Origin: a virus
Length of the DNA: 64,000 bases
Virus record (IMG/VR): IMGVR_UViG_3300029922_000055
Location: 3,681-67,680 of that record
Reading direction: 5' to 3' (one strand)
The position numbers were made by a program, and so were the translations under genes. Numbering within the stretch: position 1 is the stretch's first letter; every line of letters starts with the position of its first letter. Shown piece by piece: positions 30,287 to 40,322 of the stretch. The notes under the pieces were generated by a model that was not told the DNA's origin, ran no database searches, and worked only from the letters and a program-made list of their open reading frames with translations.

Positions 30287-30781
30287 TTATTCTAAAATTA
30301 AAGGAACAGTAGGAATAGGAATTTGAGGAGGAATTACTACGCCCAAACTAGACAAACCATTTTTAATTAAATTTAGTTCCTGCCCCAAAACTATAAGTGC
30401 TTCGTGAACATTTGTTGTAGCAGGGAGACCGACTTGATTTAGTAATAATAATTCTGTTGCTGGGTTTACAACAAAACTTATATTCGCGCACCCATCACTT
30501 TTCAAAACACCTTGCGAAAAGCCTTGTTGAAACCCTATTAAAATAGCTCTCGAAATAGCATCTACAATTGTTTCTAAAGCTACTGAGGCTGTTGGTGTGC
30601 CGTTTGGACTATCGTATATTTGAATCCCGCCAGAAGTGATTGGAAGGATTCTAGCGGGACTACCCATAGCTAAATTTTCATTCAACAAGCCAGCCGATTC
30701 TAATATTTGTAACGCTTGTAAAAAAACAGGATTAGGAATATTAGAAATGTTATTTTTATCATTTATTGTTTCGGCTATCAT
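30287..30781 (-). CDS. Hypothetical protein downstream of gp5
   Basis: ORF track, tightly packed with neighbours. Confidence 0.65.
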   Translation of the reverse strand: MIAETINDKNNISNIPNPVFLQALQILESAGLLNENLAMGSPARILPITSGGIQIYDSPNGTPTASVALETIVDAISRAILIGFQQGFSQGVLKSDGCANISFVVNPATELLLLNQVGLPATTNVHEALIVLGQELNLIKNGLSSLGVVIPPQIPIPTVPLILE

Positions 30782-30785
30782 TTAA

Positions 30786-32246
30786 TTACTCCGTGAAAAG
30801 ACCAGCGCCTATACTTAAATCTTTAGCATTGGTTTTATTTGTTATATCCAAAGCCGCCGTAATAGTGGCTGCTGGAAGTGTAACAGTATTATATATATTT
30901 CTCTTACCCTCTGGAGAAGTTGTATCTAAAGTTGTTCCGAAAAGTGGTTTAGAAAGGTAATCTCCATATGTAGTATCAATGTTGGACAATTCTTGATTCA
31001 TAGCATCTGTTAGAGAGGTCTGCAATGATAAAAGTTCTATCGCTTGTTGTTGTGCAATTATCGAACTCCCCTCTATGCTTGATGCGGCGACAACGAGTTG
31101 TGCTAAAGAATCTATAGAAGCATATTTCTTAGCCATTGTAGTGACTAAATCTGCTTGACGTTTTGTATATTTCGCAACCACCTTAGCTTTTAGTGTAGCA
31201 ATTTCGGCAGCAACTTGAACATTATCTATAGCAAACCCAATCGGATTTATTATTCCAGTTGCTATACGACCTTGATGCGGAACTCCTGTGAGTGGATCGA
31301 AAAGCAAACAATTAAATGGTCCTCCAGTCGGATCGGGAGTTACGAACATTGTAGAAACTTTTGTCAAATCATTTCCAATACTTACTTGAAAGGTTGGAGA
31401 AACTATTCCTGGAATTCCATTTTGGTCTACTGTAGTTGTTGTAGGAGGGGTGGCTGGCAAAAGTTCAAAAGAGTTTGTTTGAATATTTGTTTCTAAAGTC
31501 GAGACCAAGACTTCTGACCTAGACTTTATAGAAACTCTTCCACCATTTTCTATATCAAAGTCTCTATTAGTTTGAAAAGAAATATCATCTAAGCATTGAA
31601 CCGAGATTCCTGCATTAGACATTAAAGAAACATCCGAGAAAGCTGAGACCGAGATTGCTTGAGATATTTGGTAATAATTTGCAAGCCTATTATCTACAGT
31701 AAAATTCCCTCTAAACTTAAAATTTACATCTCCTGTTTCTGTAGCATTGTTTGTTAAATTTATTGTTCCGTCTTGATGTAATTTAAAAAAACATCCAGCA
31801 CCAGTTTTTAATGTAAATTCTCCTTTTTGTCTATTTATTTTTTGGTAACTACCATCTTCACATTCATACAAAATAACACTATCGGGATAACTTTCTAGAT
31901 AGTCGGCTTCAAAATTAAGATTATTTCTATCTATAACTTTTCCAAAATAAACGGGCTCGTATAAATCCGCATCATCATAACGAATTTTTACTAGGGTGTT
32001 AATTTCCGGAACCATAAAGGAACCTTTTACAGAAAACGCCATAGGAAATTCCGGAATTGCCCAAGGCAAATCTTCAACGTGAATACTATCCGTAATTCCA
32101 TATACTTCTACTTTAACTCTTCCCATTTTCAAAGGATCGTTATTATCTAAAACTATCCCGATGTATTCTCCAGTATACGGATCTTCCTTTTCCGAAAGGT
32201 ATTCTTTAACGGTTTCCTGCAAAGAGTTTCCTAAAAATTCTCTCAT
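30786..32246 (-). CDS. gp5: Baseplate hub/spike gp5 (OB fold plus beta-helix, no lysozyme domain)
   Basis: YIGIVLDNNDPLKMGRVKVEVYG...LPWAIP...GSFMVPE OB-fold signature. Confidence 0.85.
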   Translation of the reverse strand: MREFLGNSLQETVKEYLSEKEDPYTGEYIGIVLDNNDPLKMGRVKVEVYGITDSIHVEDLPWAIPEFPMAFSVKGSFMVPEINTLVKIRYDDADLYEPVYFGKVIDRNNLNFEADYLESYPDSVILYECEDGSYQKINRQKGEFTLKTGAGCFFKLHQDGTINLTNNATETGDVNFKFRGNFTVDNRLANYYQISQAISVSAFSDVSLMSNAGISVQCLDDISFQTNRDFDIENGGRVSIKSRSEVLVSTLETNIQTNSFELLPATPPTTTTVDQNGIPGIVSPTFQVSIGNDLTKVSTMFVTPDPTGGPFNCLLFDPLTGVPHQGRIATGIINPIGFAIDNVQVAAEIATLKAKVVAKYTKRQADLVTTMAKKYASIDSLAQLVVAASSIEGSSIIAQQQAIELLSLQTSLTDAMNQELSNIDTTYGDYLSKPLFGTTLDTTSPEGKRNIYNTVTLPAATITAALDITNKTNAKDLSIGAGLFTE

Positions 32247-33508
32247 GGGTTTACCAAATTTCCTTCAAAAAGAATATTCGTAAGATTAGATTGATTTGTT
32301 CCATTTCTAAACAATGTCAAAATCATAGAATATAAACCATCCTTTTTAATATCATGACTAATTCCGCCCACCAAATATTCTCCAGAGTTTACAGCATCTA
32401 CGTTTGGTGTTCCGTTCAAAAGTCTTCCCAAGTTATCGTAAATCAATACATCAATCTTATCTCCTATATTTATATTCATGTTTGGATTGATAGTGATTTG
32501 AAGATAGTTTCCGAAAAAACTTTGCTTCAAATATAGGTTTTGTGATTTAGCAAGGAGATAATTTTCGTGAACATTTTTTGAAAGGCTATTATAAGTTATT
32601 CCGTTAGTATATTTTCCTACATTATTCTTATTCTTATTCTCAAACTTAGACAAAGGTGCATATGGAAAGTTTAGAGAATAGTCAAAGAAATTGGTGTGGT
32701 CGAAATATGTAAAATCAATTCCATAGCCATTCATTTTATTAAGGATTGGAGAAAGGTTTTTATAAGTTATTCCAGTTCTATAAAAAAGTGTTTCCGAATC
32801 TTTTCCTATTTGTTCTTTAATTTTTGCTATAGTTGTATCATTGCCATTATCCATAAAAGCATGGTCATTGTTGATAGCTAAGAATTTTGGTTTAGAATTT
32901 GTCTTATAAGAAAGAGAAGAATATACAGCTTGATTGTGTCTATTAAAATAAAATAAAGGCAAATCTTCGGGGCGTATAAATGCTCTAGCCATTAAATGTT
33001 TTGTGAAAGCGTAATTACAAACATTAGACTGTATCCAAGTTTGGTTGTCATTTGAGGAATCTTCTAAAACGAAATCTATTTCAGACTCTTGACAAACAAA
33101 CTGTAAAGCATCTGAAGAACCTTGATTAGAAAATGGTCTAAAACGAATTGGATAAAAGTAATCAGTGGTTTTTTGAAAAGCTATGAAATGTATTATGTAA
33201 AGAGAACCATCATCCGCATCTACTCTTTCAATTTCCCAGGCATTTATTACCATATCCATTTTGACTTTGTCTAGGTCTCCATTTTTCGAAAACTCTATTT
33301 GAACAGGGCATTCATCATAGAGAGGAGATAGTTCTACAAAAGTTCCAGTATCCATAAAAGTGCATTCATATGTAACTATCTGGTCAAAAATCCATTCTCT
33401 TAAAACTGAAGAATTTACATTTACAGGAGATACGGAAACATTATTGATAGTTAATGATAAGTTGAATTGAGAACCAACTACATTTTGGTCGAAAGTTTTG
33501 TCAGACAT
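32243..33508 (-). CDS. Baseplate hub protein (gp27-like)
   Basis: Position before gp5. C-terminal NIGDKI...SGEYLVGGISHDI......LTLFR motif. Confidence 0.65.
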   Translation of the reverse strand: MSDKTFDQNVVGSQFNLSLTINNVSVSPVNVNSSVLREWIFDQIVTYECTFMDTGTFVELSPLYDECPVQIEFSKNGDLDKVKMDMVINAWEIERVDADDGSLYIIHFIAFQKTTDYFYPIRFRPFSNQGSSDALQFVCQESEIDFVLEDSSNDNQTWIQSNVCNYAFTKHLMARAFIRPEDLPLFYFNRHNQAVYSSLSYKTNSKPKFLAINNDHAFMDNGNDTTIAKIKEQIGKDSETLFYRTGITYKNLSPILNKMNGYGIDFTYFDHTNFFDYSLNFPYAPLSKFENKNKNNVGKYTNGITYNSLSKNVHENYLLAKSQNLYLKQSFFGNYLQITINPNMNINIGDKIDVLIYDNLGRLLNGTPNVDAVNSGEYLVGGISHDIKKDGLYSMILTLFRNGTNQSNLTNILFEGNLVNP

Positions 33509-33511
33509 TTT

Positions 33512-33862
33512 TTATTGTTTCTTATTAAAAGTGTAAAAGTCTTGGATATCTAAAATTGAAGGAATGCTTATCATTTCTCCGGGAACCAATGCTGTAGGAT
33601 ATTGAGTTTCTTGGTCTGAATTTATTGCCATGTCATTCCAAATATCTTCTATGTTAGGATTTGTTAAAAGTATTATCCACCAGTAATCTATAGTTCCATA
33701 ATTTTTTTGAGAGATTAAATCAGGGCGCATATAATCTTCATAAACTATTCTATAATTTTTGAAAGCTCTTTTCCAAACAAATTTCGAAAAAGAGTTTAAC
33801 AGAAAATCTTTTTCTCCATTTACAGTCTTTATAAAATTTGAACGATTAAAAAGTGTGGACAT
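33512..33862 (-). CDS. gp53: Baseplate wedge gp53 (LysM-like)
   Basis: RPDLISQKNYGTIDYWWIILLTN. Confidence 0.88.
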   Translation of the reverse strand: MSTLFNRSNFIKTVNGEKDFLLNSFSKFVWKRAFKNYRIVYEDYMRPDLISQKNYGTIDYWWIILLTNPNIEDIWNDMAINSDQETQYPTALVPGEMISIPSILDIQDFYTFNKKQ

Positions 33863-33870
33863 ATTTTCCT

Positions 33871-34839
33871 TTAGCTATCAAACGAAACTCTTCCGGTGGA
33901 TTTAGAACCATTTAATCCGGAACCGAAAATTAACTCTTGTTGGCTGGAATTTCCTACATCTCTCAAAGTTGCAGCATTGAAAAGAGATTGGAACGATACA
34001 TCAAAATCCCCGTATAGAGGAACGCCTTGCCAAATATATTCTTTAGAAAATTTTACATTAACTGACTTAACAAACATTAAATCCTTTTCGAAAATGTTTC
34101 CTATAGTTACATGACAAACTGGTGGTTTTTTAGAAACGAATTGGTCAAGTTTTATATTTGATGCGGTTTTTACGAAATCTGATGCTGAATCGTTCGCTAC
34201 CTTATCCGCAACAACATCCGTGAGGCCAGTAGATACACCAAAGGAAGGTAATAAACTATTTACGCCTTTAATCGCAGTAGCAGCGGCGGCGGTTCCAACA
34301 GATGCAAGACCATTTCTAACAGGTTCAAATCCAGTATTATTTGCTAGACCTTTAAAAAAATTAGTTGTTCCAGTTGCATTAAATATATTATCCGAAGCAA
34401 CTCTTGGTAATGTTGCTCCAACCAAACCATTCGCAATTGTAACTGGATTTGTAGCTCCGAAGTTTGTAGGATGGTCTTCTATATCTCCAGCCCAGCACCT
34501 AAAGCTAACATCCAAGACTGGTGATTCTCCATTCATATAAACTTTTTTTGTAAGAACCCCATAGTTCATAATATTTCTCTGAGTTTCGTCTCTTAAAATA
34601 TTTGCAACTAGACCATTAGAAAATCCGAATTGATTATTAAAAATGTTTGTATAATTTGCTTGGCAACTATATTCAAACTCTTTCGTCATATATCCTTGAA
34701 TAGAACCGAATGATTGGTATTGGTCTAAAAGTCCCGCCTCATCATGAAACTCAATAGTAATTAAATGCTCTTGGGAAGCTTCCGGAAAGTTTTTAGTCGT
34801 TCCCGGTTTAGAAGTATCGTATATCGAAAAGCTTGCCAT
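33871..34839 (-). CDS. Baseplate tail-tube initiator (gp48-like)
   Basis: PPVCHVTIG......VKSVNVKFS......PLYGDFDVSF pattern. Located between the tape-measure genes and gp53. Confidence 0.55.
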   Translation of the reverse strand: MASFSIYDTSKPGTTKNFPEASQEHLITIEFHDEAGLLDQYQSFGSIQGYMTKEFEYSCQANYTNIFNNQFGFSNGLVANILRDETQRNIMNYGVLTKKVYMNGESPVLDVSFRCWAGDIEDHPTNFGATNPVTIANGLVGATLPRVASDNIFNATGTTNFFKGLANNTGFEPVRNGLASVGTAAAATAIKGVNSLLPSFGVSTGLTDVVADKVANDSASDFVKTASNIKLDQFVSKKPPVCHVTIGNIFEKDLMFVKSVNVKFSKEYIWQGVPLYGDFDVSFQSLFNAATLRDVGNSSQQELIFGSGLNGSKSTGRVSFDS

Positions 34840-36992
34840 TATTCCGTCCCATAATTTAATTTAATATGTTCCGCTAGAGCCGGTATAACTTTATTTATCA
34901 AGAAATTAGCATCGGCATCTCTTTTCGAAAGTGGTTGTTCAACAGTTTTAATATTGTTTGAAGAAGATAATTCAACTTCTTTCTGAGGAGTTTCGGCAAA
35001 CATTTCTCGTTGTGTCTGGTCACGATTCAACCAACCAGAAAGATACCCAGTTTGATTTTTGCGATATGCCTGTTCTGTAAATTTCTGGTCTCTTAATTCT
35101 AAAAATTTATTAGCGTCTCCATTTATTCCGCCCGCTTGTTTTAATAATGTATTTGCTCTATCTGGTCCATTTATATAAGCATCAAAATAAGCATATGCAA
35201 GTTTTGGGTCAGAGATTTGGGGGGCTTGGGAACCATACCAATAATTTTCTCTATATATTTCTATAGACTCCTCTTTGGTCATTTGCTTTACTGATTGCTT
35301 TGGAAGACCGTTTTTCTTTCTATATGCATCGTATGTTAAATGAGTAATCCCAAATTTAGTTTCCCCGCCAGAATCTCTAACATCATTAGCATATCCACCC
35401 TCAAACGCATAAACTTGATTTATAAATGTTTTGAATCTATCATCTGGATTTTTAGAAACATTAGAAAAATCTATTAACTTTTGGAAACCACTTTTAGAAA
35501 GTTTTCCTACACCCCTTTCTATATTTTCTGTAACATTTACTAATTTATATGTGAGTGTTTCTGGAGTAAATACTTGAAGAAACTTTTCGAAATTTATTTT
35601 AGAAACTATTTTCTTAAAGCTTGAATTGATTTCCGAAAAAGTATTCTTAAATAACTCAGATTCGTTTTTAGATTTCGTTTCATTAGTTTGAAAAGCTTCT
35701 GGACCATTTTCACCAACCAAATATGTAGAATCTTTCTTTACATTTCCCCCAGCTTTTTTAGGACTTATTTCCGAAATGGTGTCTCCAAGTTTCATCTTAG
35801 GTTTTCCATTTTCTAAAATTAAATCTGCGAGACCGTTAGCAGTTTGAATCTTATATTTTAAAACTCCTTTATCATCAGAACCAGCTTGTTGAATTCTATC
35901 TTTTCCAGAAAGCATAGATAACGGTTTTCCATCAGAAGATAATAAAGGAACCCAATCATCTGAATCATAATCTTTATAAAGCCAAGTTAAATCTGTAGAA
36001 GGCTTTAATTGAACTATCCCATATTTCTTTCCTTGGTCTAATCTATCCATAGCATAAGCAGCTTTTTGTTTGTCTTGTATTCCTTTATTACTTTTGTCTG
36101 CTATTACACTATCGTAATCAGAAGAGGTTTCTTTCATGAACATTCCTAATCCAAGCAACAATGGACCTAATGGAAACGGAATCCAACCAGACGCTCCTTG
36201 AAACAAATCTCCAAAACCACCAACAACAGTTTTATAAATTACACCATCTGCCTTTACATTATCTCCTAAAAGTTTTGCCGCATTATAATCAGCTATCCCA
36301 CCTTTTATTCTAGAAATTAAATCTATAATTCCCATAATCGGCATAACAACTTTAGATGCGACTTTTCCTACAGTTTTTGCTACAGTTTTGAATCCGAATT
36401 TTCCTATTAAACCACCAACAGCAGATCCAGCTAAAAGGTTCTTAATTTTATCAAAGGCGGTCTCTTGTTTTTCTTCTGGTTTCTTTTCATCTTTTCCAGA
36501 ACCTTTCATTAAATCTAATTTAGAAGAGATTGATTTCAAAGTCTTCAATTTTTCTTCTTGAATATCAAAATCATCATTATCATTTCTAGTAAAATCTATT
36601 TGGGACTTTTGAGAAGATATTTTAGGAAATTTTGGCAAAGTTATTTTCAAAGATTTTTGCGAAGAGTTTTTAGAAATATTTTTCGGAAACAACTCGGAAA
36701 AGGAACCTATAGTGATTCCTAAATTTCTTTTTACTTTATCTGTTTCGTTATTCTTTTTTTCTTTCGGAACCAACTCTAAAAAATTAGATATGGCAGAATT
36801 TATTTTCTTATCTACGTCTACAGGAACCAATTTCTTTTTTTTAGCTTTGGCTTTTTTCTCTTTAATGTTCTCTATTTCTTTTAAGATACTTTCTAATTCT
36901 ATCCCTTTATTTTCGGAAAGTTTTCTTAACAATGAAGCAATCTTTTCATTTGTCTTTGCTAAATCGTCTATCAACTTAGGATTTATTATCAT
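34839..36992 (-). CDS. Tape-measure-like tail protein with GH108 muramidase domain
   Basis: EGGYANDVRDSGGETKFGIT...Y..NYW...FDAYIN.G...GWLNR (GH108). GG.V....YLVGE.G.E tape-measure motif. Confidence 0.8.
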   Translation of the reverse strand: MIINPKLIDDLAKTNEKIASLLRKLSENKGIELESILKEIENIKEKKAKAKKKKLVPVDVDKKINSAISNFLELVPKEKKNNETDKVKRNLGITIGSFSELFPKNISKNSSQKSLKITLPKFPKISSQKSQIDFTRNDNDDFDIQEEKLKTLKSISSKLDLMKGSGKDEKKPEEKQETAFDKIKNLLAGSAVGGLIGKFGFKTVAKTVGKVASKVVMPIMGIIDLISRIKGGIADYNAAKLLGDNVKADGVIYKTVVGGFGDLFQGASGWIPFPLGPLLLGLGMFMKETSSDYDSVIADKSNKGIQDKQKAAYAMDRLDQGKKYGIVQLKPSTDLTWLYKDYDSDDWVPLLSSDGKPLSMLSGKDRIQQAGSDDKGVLKYKIQTANGLADLILENGKPKMKLGDTISEISPKKAGGNVKKDSTYLVGENGPEAFQTNETKSKNESELFKNTFSEINSSFKKIVSKINFEKFLQVFTPETLTYKLVNVTENIERGVGKLSKSGFQKLIDFSNVSKNPDDRFKTFINQVYAFEGGYANDVRDSGGETKFGITHLTYDAYRKKNGLPKQSVKQMTKEESIEIYRENYWYGSQAPQISDPKLAYAYFDAYINGPDRANTLLKQAGGINGDANKFLELRDQKFTEQAYRKNQTGYLSGWLNRDQTQREMFAETPQKEVELSSSNNIKTVEQPLSKRDADANFLINKVIPALAEHIKLNYGTE

Positions 36993-38710
36993 AGGAAAGG
37001 ACTCGAAACAGGACTAGACATAGAAAAATCTTTAACTTTTTTAATCTTAATAGCAGATGCAAATGTAGGAAGAAATTGTTTCATCCAAAATGTTTCATCT
37101 AATGCACCATCATCCGAAGAAACTTGATTAGAAACTTTCAAAGAATAGTTAGATTGAATTTCCGGTGCAGCTTTAGGAACACGCATATCAGGAAAAGTAT
37201 TGGCTTGAATATCAGGAGTAATTTTAGGAATTTGAACATCTGGAACTGGATTATATTGAGAAAGAACATCCGACGTTTCCGAAACATTACTATCAGATTT
37301 TTTATTAAACTTCATAAAATCTGGTGGAGTAGTTGTTGTAGTTTCTTTCTTATCTTTAATTCCTAAAAGTTTCTTACCAGCATCTCCAACATTCTTAATA
37401 ATATCTTTAGCGCCATTTACAATCAACGAAGGAATGTTTTTAACCTTATCTCCGAAATCTCTCAAACTATTTTTAACACCATCAAACCATTCGGAAAGCC
37501 TATCAGAAATGCTTTTCCCAAGATTCGTAAATGTGTTGTTAAACTTTCCTACAAACAAATTTATATTCTTGTTAAACCCTGTCTTAAAATCATTCAAAAT
37601 AATTGCAAAAGAACTTCCCAAATCACTTTCCGAAGATGTTTTTAACAATCTATGGTTCGGAACTATAACACCATCTCTATCAGGAACGAACAATTCTTTA
37701 CCAGCCTCTCCAACCAAATATGGAGAATTTTTCTGAACATCTCCTCCAAATTGCCTAGGCTGAACTATTTGAGAAGAATCATCTTTATCTTCGGAAGAAA
37801 AATATTTATAAGCACCATAACTAGCTAATCCAGCACCAGCAATAACCGCAGTTGAGGGAGTAGCAATTTTTCCTAACATGCTCCCAGCTTCACCAATTTC
37901 TCCTAACTCTCCTAATGCTCCAGCAGCTTCAGTAGTAGCAGAACCAGCCTCAGAGACCTTCCCAGCCGCACCAGCACCTTTTCCGAGTAATCCTTTAAGC
38001 TTTCCTAAAAGACCTACAGCACCTGCTCCTCCGGCTCCAGCGCCAACTTCACCTGCTCCAGCGAGAAGACTTGATATACCATTCTTAAGAAAATCAAAAA
38101 TACTTCCAGACCCTTCCATAGACAAATTATCTATCTTAGAATCAATCTGTTTTAATACGTGTAATTGGTCCTCTTGTATATCTGCATGTTCTTCTTTTCT
38201 AGTAAAATCTAAAAGACTATTTGATTTAGGTTTTTCTTCTGTCTTAGAAAACATTTTAGAAAAATTTTGTAAAATACTTTTAGAAGAATCTTTCGCAAAT
38301 GGAGTCCTCTTTTTTTTAGCATCCTTTTCTTGAAACAATTTCTTCAAAGACTTTAGAGAATTTCCTACAATCTCTCCTATATCTTTTGTAGATTTAGAAT
38401 TATCAAAACCTATTCGAAACTCTTTCTTAGAAAGTTTTCGAGAAGCTTCCGTAAGATTTTTCAGAATAATCTTTTTAGAAGCCGTTACTTTCTTTTCTTG
38501 TATCTCGGTTTTTAATTCTGTCTTTCGTTCTTCTTTCTGCAATGCCTCTAATTTCTTAGTAGCATTCTTAATCTTATCATCGGCTTCTAATAATTTTTTA
38601 TGCTCTTCAAAAATCTTCTCTACACTTTCTAATTCAGTTTTCGAAAGCGTTTCTAAAGTTTTATATATCTCGTTAAGTATTTTCGCAGCATCATTTGGAT
38701 TCGGAGGCAT
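36989..38710 (-). CDS. Tape-measure-like tail protein
   Basis: Coiled coil, Gly/Ala-rich hydrophobic segment, RQFGGDVQKNSPYLVGEAGKELFVP motif. Confidence 0.7.
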   Translation of the reverse strand: MPPNPNDAAKILNEIYKTLETLSKTELESVEKIFEEHKKLLEADDKIKNATKKLEALQKEERKTELKTEIQEKKVTASKKIILKNLTEASRKLSKKEFRIGFDNSKSTKDIGEIVGNSLKSLKKLFQEKDAKKKRTPFAKDSSKSILQNFSKMFSKTEEKPKSNSLLDFTRKEEHADIQEDQLHVLKQIDSKIDNLSMEGSGSIFDFLKNGISSLLAGAGEVGAGAGGAGAVGLLGKLKGLLGKGAGAAGKVSEAGSATTEAAGALGELGEIGEAGSMLGKIATPSTAVIAGAGLASYGAYKYFSSEDKDDSSQIVQPRQFGGDVQKNSPYLVGEAGKELFVPDRDGVIVPNHRLLKTSSESDLGSSFAIILNDFKTGFNKNINLFVGKFNNTFTNLGKSISDRLSEWFDGVKNSLRDFGDKVKNIPSLIVNGAKDIIKNVGDAGKKLLGIKDKKETTTTTPPDFMKFNKKSDSNVSETSDVLSQYNPVPDVQIPKITPDIQANTFPDMRVPKAAPEIQSNYSLKVSNQVSSDDGALDETFWMKQFLPTFASAIKIKKVKDFSMSSPVSSPFL

Positions 38711-38718
38711 ACATATAT

Positions 38719-38955
38719 TTAGAATCTATTACCATCCGCTACATTCTTTTTAGAAGTCTTTTCTTGAATCATTTTGAAATGTTCTTGAAGCCTAGCAAAT
38801 TTCTTCTCTACTTCAAAAAATTCTAAATGATTAAAGTAAGGAATATGAAGATGGAGACTCAGTTGAAACTCCATCTCCAATATATCATCAAGTCCTATAT
38901 CTGGGAAGAAAAAACTCCGGTCGAAAGCTAACTGGTATCTTGTTAACCTCACCAC
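38719..38955 (-). CDS. gp51-like assembly chaperone, possibly a frameshift extension of gp26
   Basis: Short ORF overlapping the gp26 3' end across a TTTTTT run. ILEMEFQLS.HL...LE.FE pattern. Confidence 0.55.
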   Translation of the reverse strand: MVRLTRYQLAFDRSFFFPDIGLDDILEMEFQLSLHLHIPYFNHLEFFEVEKKFARLQEHFKMIQEKTSKKNVADGNRF

Positions 38956-39697
38956 AACTCTTACAAGAATGTTTAATCTCAGGAATTACTCCGAAATCCA
39001 TTTCCAAAATCTTAGAATGTAGATAAGCATAATCTTCGGGATCGTTTTCTAAAGATGCTATAAACTCACACGCTTGTCTTAAAGAAACCGGAGACCCATC
39101 TACTAGTTTAATTGCAGAAGCCATTGCTAATACATCTTCGTCAATTTTTCCGTAACCATTTTTCAAATTTTCTTGAAATGCCTTTACCTTATTCTCATCA
39201 CGAATTCTAAGAATATCCAAAGTAAGTTTCTTATCACTATTCAAAAGCTCTAGTTCCTTTTTGTCATAGTTTTCCGGAAGGTATTCTATGTCAAAACTGT
39301 CTAAATCAAATTTATATTCATTCTTAGTTTCGCAATGATCGCAACTATATTTTGCAACGAAATTTGAATTCTTAAATGTGTTAGCCCTTAACCAAAATAT
39401 TATGTAAACTTTATCGGCAACACAAATATCCTCTATATCTATACCCCTTAAAGTAGCTGTTAAAATATCTTTCAAAATAACATTGAAATTGTTTTCATTC
39501 ATCGTTGTTAATTTTTTCACTTCAGACACTTTAAGAGTTCTTCCGAAAATCTTGGTTCCTTCTGGATACAACTTATAGCGAGAAGGAAGATCTTCAATAG
39601 GAAAAAAATTATCTTCAAGTTTTTGCTCTACAACTTTCGGAACTTCAACTACTTCATCTACATCTACCATTCTAGGTCTTTTAACTTTATCAACCAT
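38888..39697 (-). CDS. gp26: Baseplate hub assembly protein gp26
   Basis: LPSR..LYP, D...I..WLR, two CxxC pairs, C-terminal FF. Confidence 0.8.
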   Translation of the reverse strand: MVDKVKRPRMVDVDEVVEVPKVVEQKLEDNFFPIEDLPSRYKLYPEGTKIFGRTLKVSEVKKLTTMNENNFNVILKDILTATLRGIDIEDICVADKVYIIFWLRANTFKNSNFVAKYSCDHCETKNEYKFDLDSFDIEYLPENYDKKELELLNSDKKLTLDILRIRDENKVKAFQENLKNGYGKIDEDVLAMASAIKLVDGSPVSLRQACEFIASLENDPEDYAYLHSKILEMDFGVIPEIKHSCKSCGEVNKIPVSFRPEFFLPRYRT

Positions 39698-39726
39698 TTT
39701 TATATTACCTCAATTGTTACTTTTAT

Positions 39727-40311
39727 TTAGTCTTCCGGGGCATTATAATCTTCATCAAAATGAGCAGTTCCGTAAGTGGTTTCGAAATGGTCGGCTTTGA
39801 ATGTTATATCATATTCTATTTTTTCGGAATTATTATAGGAATAGGTTGGCGTAGAGCTTTTTAAGAAATAACAATTGAAGAAATTCCTTTTATAAATGTT
39901 TGTTCCGTTTGGGCGAAAAACAGAAACTTGAATTTGGTCTATAACTGTATTAGCATATGTATTATAATATCCAGAAGATTTTATATTTTTTCTAGTCAAC
40001 TTATCTATAAGACTTTGAATAGTTCCTTGGTCATCTTCTTCAAATTTTATAGTAAATGCGAAACCATGATGCTCTAACACTGGAAACGTTTTTACAAAAG
40101 ATCCTATTCTATATTCTTCATCTTTGAATTCATAATTAGGAACTTCTATAGATGTTGCATAATAATGACTGTTGTTAAAATTCCAAGCATTATTATCTAT
40201 CAAATTAGAAAGACTAGAATTCTCAAAATAAATATGGTAGTTGTAAGTCCTTTGTATCGATTTTGTCTGATAAAAGGACCTAGTAGTTTGTGTTACAGGT
40301 CCATTATCCAT
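39727..40311 (-). CDS. Tail-tube-like protein (gp19 paralog / gp54-like)
   Basis: SIEVP...F.IKFEED...F.NC...S...Y....IEYDITF tube fold. Follows the tube gene. Confidence 0.6.
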   Translation of the reverse strand: MDNGPVTQTTRSFYQTKSIQRTYNYHIYFENSSLSNLIDNNAWNFNNSHYYATSIEVPNYEFKDEEYRIGSFVKTFPVLEHHGFAFTIKFEEDDQGTIQSLIDKLTRKNIKSSGYYNTYANTVIDQIQVSVFRPNGTNIYKRNFFNCYFLKSSTPTYSYNNSEKIEYDITFKADHFETTYGTAHFDEDYNAPED

Positions 40312-40322
40312 TGTCTATTACC

